A program made the translations under genes and the position numbers. Below the pieces are notes generated by a model that was not told the DNA's origin, ran no database searches, and saw only the letters and a list, made by a program, of their open reading frames with translations. DNA of 64,000 nt. Source: Balanoglossus misakiensis. Its lineage: Eukaryota; Animalia; Hemichordata. The stretch is from positions 5,872,831-5,936,830 of the forward strand of contig CM082578.2 of assembly GCA_040954595.2 (NCBI GenBank). The letters are read 5' to 3'. Shown here one piece after another: positions 53,701-64,000 of the stretch (the stretch's first letter is position 1; each line of letters begins with the position of its first letter).

Positions 53701-56700
53701 TACCATTGATTAGAAAAGTTCAACTTTGCAACTTAATAAAAATCGGTGGAATGTTTCCCATCATAATGATGTGATACTGGCATCTACAAATACGTTTCAA
53801 CGAAGTTCGTAAAGTAATTTTCGGTGTATGCGGATTCTGTCATACACGAGCTAAAATCATAACACCTTGATCCTGATAACTTCAATAAAATTCAAGCCAC
53901 ATCCACAAAAATACATTCATTTCTGACCATCCACCAACATCGATACCTGTCCACTAAAATTGGTTCAAATATGACCCACCGTTTTATGATATCGATGACA
54001 CAGACAGAAAACAGACAGACAGACAGACAGAATCTTCCCCTATGCGAATACGGAAGCTAGCACGGGCCAGTCTGTATATACTTCTATAAGCCACCATGTA
54101 TGTATTGGATTGATCCTGACTTGTTCAGTGCAGTTAAGTTACAATCCAATCCGTCCGTGATCTTTTTGACACATACAACTGAAACAGGTAAACTAAAGAT
54201 ATTTTTTAACATTTTCGTTCAATACACGCATACAGCTGAAGGTGACATTAGGCTGAGAGGCTCACCGACTCAGTACAAAGGACGTGTAGAAATATATCAC
54301 AATGGTCAGTGGGGAACAGTCTGTGATTTCACCTTTGGAAACAATGCTGCAAGCGTTGTGTGTCGTCAACTAGGATATAGGTAATTAGAAGTTTTGTGAT
54401 ACAATGTATAAAGAATGACCTGCACAAACACACGCGCGCACGCACACACACACAATTTAAACGTTGAATGCCTGTTCTACCTTAGTGAAAGGTTTGGATT
54501 CGCCTATTCATATGCACATTTTGGAAGAGGATCTGGTCCGGTATGGCCGACTCGTCCGCAATGCAATGGAAATGAGGCGGCTCTCACAGAATGCTCCAAT
54601 ATTGAATCGAGAATGAGACGTCGACCATGTCTGCATCATCGAGATGCTGGCGTTCTTTGTTATGGTAAGTGACGGAAAGTAACTATTAATGTGCCTATTA
54701 CATAAAGTTCCATTTCTATTGAACCATGTGTATTTAGTAGACAATCTTGGTAGGTACGGAATACACGATATCCTCCTTGGTATACTACCTACCTGACTTA
54801 TATGATCCAGGATGTTAGAGTAAAAATGTGTAGATCAGACCCCACTTTGGTGAGATCAGGGGGGCCCATAAGGCTCACGTGTGTAAATCCACTGTGTTTT
54901 ATTGTATTTGAACGAGTTTTAGAACGTTTTAAGTGTGTGCTGATGATCTTAAATTGTACAAGATCCCCTTTATAATGTGAATGACTGTTATAAATGTTAC
55001 AACATGTGATATTACAGTAATCCAAATGGTCAGACAATTGGAGGATGTCTCATAACTATACCAACTTTGTATAGTGCTTCGTCTTTCTTTGGCTAGATTG
55101 CCATTTACCAAAGTTTTTTTTATTATTGATAAAATTCAGCTTTATACACATGAGCTGGGCACGTTGCACATTTTTTGAGACGTACATGTAGGTGTTACAC
55201 TAGATATACATGTAAAGTAAAGTTTTTTTTCCATACACATCAGTTTAATTATTATTTCTTGGTATTTGGGAGTTACTGTAGACGCTCTGCGCATGGTTTG
55301 CAAAGTTTTTTTTGTTATATCAAAACTGGAGTATGCCGCAACTGTTTCTGACAGTATCGATAAAGTGTACTCCGATAAATAAGACACTCTTCATCACATC
55401 AACTTGATCACATATTTGTTGTAAATTTCATAAGTAGCGTTTTATGATTATTCCTATCTTGATTTGTGTGTACAATTAATTTCCTACTGTAGTCTGAAGG
55501 GCGCGGATATCTCGCATTGTAGTTCGGAAATATCCAATAACAACAATCTTCAAATTTCATATTCCTGGGCTATCAACAATGTAGAAATAAAAGCATCTTA
55601 CTATATGTACCATTTAGTTGGGTCAGATTCCTATTCAATCGCATTCTGACGTTATTTTTACACGTACAACTTGCCATAGTAAACATGTTAAGTTGTTTAT
55701 TAATGAATATATTTTCACACATCCAGTTGAAGGTGACATTAGCTTGGTATATGGAATAGATCAGTACAAAGGAACTATACAAATATATCACAACGGTCAG
55801 TGGGGGAAAATCTGTGATGACGGCTTCGATCAAAATGCTGCAAATGTTGTGTGTCGTCAACTAGGATATAGGTAATTATAAGATTTGTTAATGACTTATG
55901 CTATTGCGTCCATGGCTGCATTTAACCTCTTTTATGGTTGGATCTATTAGTTCTGTACTTCGATATTCACAATTCATACGCCCGCACGCTCACATACACT
56001 GTCACAGAAAGTATTTTGTTTTCTAAACGTCACATTCATGATACTGATCAACCTAAGTCAGAGGTTAGGAACCGCCTAGTATGTAGAAACACATCATGGA
56101 GAAGAAGGTTTATTAGTTCTGTACTTCGAAAGACACAATTCAGGCGGGCGCACACATACACCCACGGTCGTACACACACGCATGCCAAATATAGGGTATT
56201 TTGTTTTCTAAACGTTGAATTCCCTATTTCAGTTCCAGTTCTGCAACCGCCTATACAGAAGCATATTTTGGACCAGGACCTCTTGGTAGTCTGATATGGT
56301 TGGATGACGTGAAATGCGTTGGGAATGAAATGGTTCTCACTGAATGCTCCAATTTTGGATGGGGAATACACAATTGTGATATCCATGAAGGTGCAGGCGT
56401 TCTTTGTGCAGGTAAGTGATGGAAAGAGAACGTTTATATGCATAAAATATTAAATAAAGTAGCTGAGGCCAGAAAAAGTCATGTGTCCATCTACATTTAT
56501 ATAGTAATCCTACATCACGAAAACTGCATTTCTGACAATATTCATCACATTTGGTGCAGTAACTACTGACTTTGTTAAATTATCAAATCAACGGTATTTA
56601 AGGATGTACTTTCAGTAAAATTGAAAGTATTGTCATTTTTTAATTGTGGATTTTTGGATTCTCTTTTGTATGTATAATGAAAATCCATACTAAAATAAAG

Positions 56701-59565
56701 GGGTCACCGCGCTTGTTTCTGAAATACAGAGCCATGAATTTAATCGATAATAGAAGAAAACTGCTGACTCAGCATTTTTTACCAATGGTTTGCCTATTGG
56801 CAAATATTTTAACGAGATTTATCTCAAATTAGAGCGCGGTGACCCCTATATTTTATTTGACCAATGAATTTATTTTTACTTGACTGAGCTATGTGTAAAA
56901 CTTCGTGAAAATGACAATAGTAGATTTCGTTTCCTAGCCATTTTCAATGTAATCCTATAGGAAAAAGACAGGTGCGCGCAGTTTTCCGGTTTATGTTCTG
57001 CGCGTTTTGTGATGCGGGCGTGGTCCACACCTGCACTCGCGGCAAATCATCCCAACCCAGAGGTGATATCGAGCGATTTTAATCTTAACAATAAGAAGTA
57101 CTTACCGGCTTGGCAAAAAAAGCTTTAATAGAAAATAGACATTGGTGTTTCAAAATGTATTCGTATAATTATAGTACTTTTTCTGAAGCATTTACTAGTA
57201 AATGCTTGAGCGGGATTTCATGTCACCGGAGATAAACAGGCTATCAATAAATATTCTACTCCACGAACTAACAATCCGGCTCGATCCTGTTCTTTTCTTC
57301 TGAAATTTATGTCGGCCTCCTAAACTTGATCATAGGGAAACCAAGTATGCCAACGTGTATATATAACCTAAGACGACGTAAACTTGAACAAGGCAGTGAA
57401 ATTGTACCCACAATCCATACATGTTCTTTTCATTTTACACATACAAAATTAAACAAGTAAACTCATGTTATTTCCCAATGAATATGTTTTCCTTCGATAC
57501 GTACAGGGCCAGCAGTTGAAGGTGACATTCGATTGGAAGGAGGACCGAATCAGTACAAAGGACGTGTAGAAATATATCACAATGGCCAGTGGGGAACAGT
57601 CTGTGATGACAGCTTTGGTTATAAGGCTGCAACAGTTGTGTGTCGTCAACTGGGATATATCTCCGCCACTAATGGGTAATTACAAGATTTATTCTTAAAA
57701 TGACCTGTACTATTGCGTCCATGGCTTCATTGAACCACTTTCCTGGATGGATTTATTAGTTCTGTACGTCGTTACTCAAAATTCATGCGGGTGCACACAC
57801 GCACGCACATATTCACTGCTATGCACAGATAAAGTATTTTGTTTTTAAAGACGTTGAATTCCTGATGTATCTCAGGGTATCTTATGGAACCGCCTATGGA
57901 GAAGCATATTTTGGAGAAGGAGCTGATCCCATATGGTTAAATGGGGTGCAATGTAGTGGAAATGAAAAGGTTCTCACTGAATGCTCTAATAACGGATGGG
58001 GAGTACACAGTTGTGACCACTCTGAAGATGCGGGCGTTCTGTGTACAATGAACCATGGTGAGCCCTAATGCACTGACATTCCACCTTCATTAAGATGGGT
58101 CCCTGGGATCTTTTTGCCCGTTGCTATGGGCCTTTATAGGACACTACACTCAATTTTGATCGAAACCGTTATGAACGTCCGACAAGGGGCTTGTAACTAG
58201 TTAAAAATACACACGATTGTGTGCACACCCCCTGTCCGAGTATGTTTACGGCAGCTACCGCCCGGCCATAGGCCGCCACGCTAATACGGCAAAGCAGCGG
58301 TCAGCGATAGCGTGCGCGTCCTGTAACCACAGTAACTGGATCGAACGCTAAAATCCAATGTTTTGTACACAGAGATTTTGTACCGTTCACGAAAATCCCT
58401 AAGGCTTTTTTCATAGGCCACGTACGCCAGTCAAATTTGACCTGCTTGTTGAGAACGCACTTCCGCACAGTGTGACGGATCGTTTTTTCGGTTTTCGTCG
58501 TGCTAAGAAGCGATACCGGTGGAAGAGTGCGTCCAAAAACACCCAAAATCGATGACTTTTTCAGGTGTGGTACGGGTATGCTGAAATCGTAGGATACAAC
58601 GATAATATTCGAAAACAAAATCCGTCACGATCTTCCCTGGTTCAAGCAACTAATGAATACGTATCAAGTTCGTTTTTGAGGTCACGGAATAAAAAGCCTT
58701 AGGCTTTTGAAATTTGACCTAACTAATTTGCATATCAATGGCGTCAGGGGGCGCGCGCTCTCAATCGTGCAGATTTTCAACTAGTTACCAGCCCCTTGTT
58801 AGACTCTGAAAACGGCTTAGTCCAAATCGGGGTGTAATGTCCTATAAAGGCCCATAGCAACGGGCAAAAAGATCCCAGGGACCCATCTTAAGCCCCTTTC
58901 GCCATTTTATACACATACATTACATTGGTTATTTGCAACGAACCTATTTCTCTTCAATTCGCAAAATCCAGAATCTGGCATTCGCTTGGTAGGAGGACCG
59001 AATCAGTACATGGGACGTGTAGAAGTGTGGAGTGGGGGCGACTGGGGAACAGTCTGTGATGATTTGTTTGATGATATTGATGCAACTGTTGCGTGTCGTC
59101 AACTAGGATACAGGTAAATAACAAGATTTGTTATTTTAAATATGACTTGTGCTTGTTCGTTCGCGCACACATGTTAACACATACATACATACATACATAC
59201 ATACATACATACATACATACATACATACATACATACATACATACATACATACATACATACATACATACATACATACATACATACATACATACATACATAC
59301 ATACATACATACATACATACATACATACATACATACATACATACATACATACATACATACATACATACATACATACATACATACATACATACATACATAC
59401 ATACATACATACATACATACATACATACATACATACATACATACATACATACATACATACATACATACATACATACATACATACATACATACATACATAC
59501 ATACATACATGTACATGTACATACATGTACATGTACATACATACATACATACATACATACATACA

Positions 59566-59599
<34 letters not shown>

Positions 59600-59929
59600 C
59601 ATACATACATACATACATACATACATACATACATACATACATACATACATACATACATACATACATACATACATACATACATACATACATACATACATAC
59701 ATACATACATACATACATGTACATACATACATACATACATACATACATACATACATACATACATACATACATACATACATACATACATACATACATACAT
59801 ACATACATACATACATACATACATACATACATACATACATACATACATACATACATACATACATACATACATACATACATACATACATACATACATACAT
59901 GTACATACATACATACATACATACATACA

Positions 59930-59963
<34 letters not shown>

Positions 59964-60476
59964 CATACATACATACATACATACATACATACATACATAC
60001 ATACATACATACATACATACATACATACATACATACATACATACATACATACATACATACATACATACATACATGTACATACATACATACATACATACAT
60101 ACATACATACATACATACATACATACATACATACATACATACATACATACATACATACATACATACATACATACATACATACATACATACATACATACAT
60201 ACATACATACATACATACATACATGCATACATTGTACATACATACATGCACACACAAACACATACCATTGTTTTCTAAACGTTGAATGCCTTATCTATTT
60301 CAGTCGAAGGTTTGGAATCGCCTATAAAGGAGCACATTTTGGAGAAGGAGTTGGTCACGTAACGCTAGGTGACCTGAGGTGTCATGGAAATGAAAATCGT
60401 TTCCATTACTGCTCCAAGCCTGGGTGGAGTATCGACAATTGTGAGCACAATCAGGATGCCAGCGTTGTTTGTTCAG
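47738..60476 (+). CDS. Secreted or membrane multi-domain group A scavenger receptor cysteine-rich (SRCR) protein, 3' partial; exons 47738-47801 (signal peptide), 54236-54380/54486-54664, 55727-55871/56233-56411, 57507-57675/57876-58057, 58972-59113/60304-60476
   Basis: Signal peptide [21 protein letters not shown] with a phase-1 donor; four SRCR domains ([22 protein letters not shown] / FG.G..C.GNE..L..C..C.H..DAGV.C), six Cys each, each split by a phase-2 intron; no stop seen, so the gene probably continues beyond the window. Confidence 0.9.
48320..52176 (-). mobile_element. L1/Tx1-clade LINE insertion, 5'-truncated with an inverted 5' segment (minus strand 48320-~51490; inverted endonuclease C-terminus on plus ~51500-52176)
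   Basis: RT motifs [32 protein letters not shown] and zf-[17 protein letters not shown] on minus; APE motifs [31 protein letters not shown] on plus; T-rich tail 48322-46 with TTTATT at 48355; GTGTGGAGAT repeated at 48310-19 and 52177-86. Confidence 0.92.
50066..50478. mobile_element. Non-autonomous TTAA-flanked TIR element (Kolobok-like) nested in the LINE RT
   Basis: TTAA-GGATGTACG ... CGTACATCC-TTAA; removing it restores GINIGSV|KESAFADD. Confidence 0.88.
53126..53508. mobile_element. MITE with 24-bp terminal inverted repeats
   Basis: TGTAAAACATGTTATTTTCGCGAG ... CTCGCGAAAATAACATGTTTTACA. Confidence 0.75.
56602..57320. mobile_element. Second, apparently longer copy (opposite orientation) of the element at 50066-50478
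   Basis: TTAA-GGATGTAC at 56598-609; 56602-57004 is a near reverse complement of 50072-50478; right end uncertain. Confidence 0.7.
58094..58887. mobile_element. MITE with long TIRs and TTAA flanks in an SRCR intron
   Basis: TTAA-GATGGGTCCCTGGGATCTTTTTGCCCGTTGCTATGGGCCTTTATAGGACA... is matched by its perfect reverse complement ending at 58887-TTAA; additional subterminal inverted match near 58185 and 58790. Confidence 0.9.
59180..60245. repeat. ~1-kb (TACA)n microsatellite in the SRCR4 intron
   Basis: Directly visible, with TACATG/TATA interruptions. Confidence 0.98.
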
Positions 60477-61368
60477 GTAAGTGATGTAAAGTAAACGTTT
60501 ATGCCCATGAGGAAAACACACACAAAATTGTGTAAAATTGTGCTACTGATGCCATGCCTAAAATCTCTTAGCGACTGTAATATATTCAGATTTATTGTAT
60601 AAACGAACTGACTTAATGAAATTTCGTGAATATTTGCACAATTTGTTAGTCAGTAATAATTGAATTGCAATGTTTTACAAAAGTGTAATCAAATAGAATA
60701 GTCATAGGCGAATTGTTTGCTTGTGAGGTTCTTGACAACATACTTTATTTTATAAACGGCATATTTTGTAATTCGCAAAAAAGACTACCAAGAGATCCGT
60801 ACCATAAACAGATGAAAATATCTCCCGGGAGGGAACCCGGAGAAAATCGAAGAGATTAAAAAATAGTTTAAGGCAAACCAAAACTTCCCAAGTTCCATAC
60901 AATTGGGCTATAAGACAACATCTTCCAAAAGAAGATGTTTCATCTTTATATGCCTGACGCCAACTTTGGCCGAAACGGTCTGTTTTCATTTTGAGATGCA
61001 ACTATGTAGATTTTATGGGTACTATACACATGGGGCGGCTAATTCTAATCAGTTTGATTTTCAGGGAAGAGTCGACTTGGTGAATGACATGTTACGTGTA
61101 CTATATCCCCAGTTGGTATATAAGGGACATCTGATTCAACTATTGCATGATATTTTGCATTCTTCTTTTCCACAGCATGCGTTATTCTGGAATTTCACAA
61201 TGCAGACACGAATGTAACTATTTCAAAAGATTTTCCGAATCTGGATACCGTGACAGTCTGTATCTGGTTAATAACGACACAGTCTGGGCGGGTCTCACTG
61301 GTATCCTATGCATCTCCTCAGCACCACGACGTATGGAAAGCCACAGCTGTCTTAAGTCCATTGTTACC

Positions 61369-61916
61369 ATTATACGACGCTTATACATCATTATACAATG
61401 TGCATATATCATTATACGCTGCTTGTGCAACGTTATACGATGTGAATACATCCTTATACATTGCCCATACATCATTATACGACGCTCATACATCTTTATA
61501 CAATGTGCATACATCATTATACGCTGCTTGTGCATCGTTATACGCTGTGAATACACCATTATACATTGCCCATACATCATTATACGAACTCATACATCTT
61601 TATACAATGTGCATACATCATTATACGCTGCTTGTGCATCGTTATACGCTGTGAATACATCATTATACATTGCCCATACATCATTATACGCTGCCCATAC
61701 ATCTTAATACAATGTGTATACAGCATTATACGCTGTGCATACATCATTATACGCTGTGCCTACATCATTATACGCTGTGCCTACATCATTATACGTCGCT
61801 CATTCACCATGATACTATGCCCGTTCAACATACGGTGCGCGTTTGGCTTTATACTATGCAGACATGTCATTATGATATGCTATGCCTAACCGCAATTCCG
61901 TCAAAGAGGGCGCACT
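61369..61916 (+). repeat. 21-bp minisatellite (ATACATCATTATACGCTGTGC-like) plus ~115-bp unique tail
   Basis: Visible 21-bp periodicity over 61369-61800; an inverted copy lies at 63518-64000. Confidence 0.9.
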
Positions 61917-61959
61917 TTTCGGGTTTTTCTTTCTTTATTCTCCTGTCAATCTTCGGCCA

Positions 61960-63160
61960 ACTAGATCTCTGAAACTACTGCAGGTACACTTCTCAAACTT
62001 GCAACAGTGGTCAAGGTCAATGAGTAGATGTGTAGTGGCTTGTGAATATTTAATTAGTCACGTGACCTGGCGGCCTTATTGGATTTCGTGAAAAAATGCA
62101 AATCTCAGATCTCAGAAACTACAAGTCTGATCACCTTTAAATTTGGCGTGCAGGTAGACTACCTTTGTCCATCATTTTTGTAATTGGAAATTATGCTGTC
62201 AAAGTTGCAGGTTTTTTGCTACAATTGTTTTTCTGAAAAACTACTTAAAACTTTAAAAAATCTTCTCCTCCAGAACCAGCGATTGCCGAGTCACAGGATT
62301 CGGGGTATGTGGTCACCTAACCTATGTCTATATAGTATGCGAAGCGCACTGTGATTGGTCTATCGTTATGGCGGCCATATTGGATTTTCGGAAAACCATT
62401 GAAAAATGAAAATTCCGTTTTGTAGCCAAAATGATGACAGCACGGAAAATCTTTTTGTGGATATGAGTCATCATATGACCGGAACTTGTCACAATTATTA
62501 TTATTATTATTATTTTTTTTTGGGGGGGGGTCCAATTTTCCCATGACCTTTGACCCAGTTTTAAAACAACTAATTATATATGCATATGCCTTGTACCTCC
62601 TCTTGCAACAGCACCACAGTCATGAAATTTGTGGACATGGGTACCACTGCTACCAGGACATGACACAAAAATTTTGGGAATTTTAGCAATGACCTTTGAC
62701 CTATTTCTGAAACATCATTTTTCTGCATATCTTATTCCAGGCTAACCAATAGGGCTAGAGGTCGTGTGTTTGTTGGACATGGTCCACTATGGGGTCAACA
62801 TTTTATGCCCAAATTTTGGGTGACCTTGGGTGACCTTTGATCTAATTTCCCATATCTCAGCAGCCGCAGCAGTTAGAGCCCTGGCTTTTGGGGGGATTGA
62901 GCACAATGGAGTCTTACACAAGACTTCATTAATTATGTGCATACCTAATTCTTGGCGAACCAATAGGGCTACGGGTCTGGTTTTTGTTGGACGCAGACTA
63001 GTATGAGGTCCAATATTTTTGCGCAAATATGGGGTGACCTCAGGTGACTTTTGACTTACTTTCCCATATCTTGGTATCCACAGCAGATACAGCCTTGGCA
63101 TTTGCTGTTTACCATGGGAACCGCTTGTGCCCCGCCAACGCTGCTTGCAGCTTTAATTTA
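61960..63160. mobile_element. TGACCTTTGACC-rich interspersed repeat (non-autonomous element, class uncertain)
   Basis: Multiple TGACCTTTGA and GGCGGCCATxTTGGATTT motifs; ends with CCCGCCAACGCTGCTTGCAGCTTTAATT. Confidence 0.45.
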
Positions 63161-63517
63161 ATCTGTACTTGTTATGTATGACATTTTTCTCACCCAAAAA
63201 ATGTTTATTCAAGCCGAAAATTTCAAAATTATATCTTTTTATCATCGAAGTATGTTTCTCGATGATAAAATATGTATTAAACAATTTCTGATGTGCAAAA
63301 ACTGTGATTTGGTGCCAAAAATATCATACATAACATGTCGAAAGAGTTTGATCAAATATATTCATATTTTTACAGAGTTATACAAACTTATTTTCATACT
63401 CGTACTGCAGATGCCAAACCGCGATGGTCGCCCGAAAATGCTTAACTACATGTACTTTCAGTCTCTCGAAACCAAAACCGAATCCAAGTCTTACTTCAGT
63501 ACCGTCATGTGTATAAG

Positions 63518-64000
63518 TGCGCCCTCTTTGACGGAATTGGGGTTAGGAATAGCATATCATAATGACATGTCGGCATAGTATAAAGCCAAACGCGCACCGT
63601 ATGTTGAATGGGCATAGTATCATGGTGAATGAGCGACGCATAATGATGTATGCACAGCGTATAATGATGCACAAGCAGCGTATAATGATGTATAAGCGTC
63701 GTATAATGATGCATAAGCGTCGTATAATTCTGTATGGGCAGCATATAATGATGTATCCACAGCGTATAATGATGCACAAGCAGCGTATAATGATGTATGC
63801 ACATCGTATAATGATGTATGCATATCGTATAATGATGTATGCACATTGTATAATGATATATGCACATTGTATAATGATGTATGCACATTGTATTATGATG
63901 TACGAGTGTCGTATAATGATGTACGAGCAGGGTATAATGATGTATGAGCGTCGTATAATGATGTATGGGCAGCGTATAATGATGTATGCAGAGCATATAA
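63518..64000 (-). repeat. Inverted second copy of the 21-bp minisatellite element, truncated by the window edge
   Basis: 63518-63640 is a near reverse complement of 61790-61916, followed by GTATAATGATGTAT.. units. Confidence 0.9.

Noticed and set aside
59093-60484. Long ORFs of 360-460 aa (HTYI/MYVC repeats)
   Set aside because: Translations of the intronic (TACA)n microsatellite; only the final part (60304-60476) is a real SRCR exon
61147-63996. Cys/His/Tyr-rich repetitive ORFs and CRISPR-like periodicity
   Set aside because: 21-bp tandem minisatellite with no unique spacers and no cas genes; eukaryotic context

Overview
Eukaryotic (metazoan) genomic DNA: AT-rich, GT-AG introns, microsatellites, LINE and MITE debris. 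An invertebrate deuterostome such as a hemichordate is a guess, not proven. Reconstructed by hand from splice sites and reading frames: (1) a decayed minus-strand gene with a Q-rich exon and a PARP14/PARP10-type RRM exon (~7.6-11.8 kb); (2) two tandem, intact 9-exon aldo-keto reductase (AKR1-like) paralogues (15358-19566 and 34306-38223); (3) between them, a 15-coding-exon, 1322-aa gene fusing ARM-like repeats, a Neuralized (NHR) domain and a Mab-21/cGAS-like nucleotidyltransferase (cGLR) with apparently intact catalytic acids (22885-31977), which is the main candidate novel system; (4) an intronless 195-aa ORF (39988-40575) whose motifs resemble an uncharacterised bacterial/giant-virus family; it lies on a segment absent from the paralogous locus, downstream of an orphan third copy of the AKR promoter; (5) a secreted multi-SRCR gene with a duplicated signal-peptide exon, probably continuing past the right edge; (6) an L1/Tx1-type LINE with a twin-priming-type 5' inversion and a 10-bp TSD, several TTAA-flanked TIR elements, and micro/minisatellites. 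All family assignments come from motif recognition only; no database searches were run.
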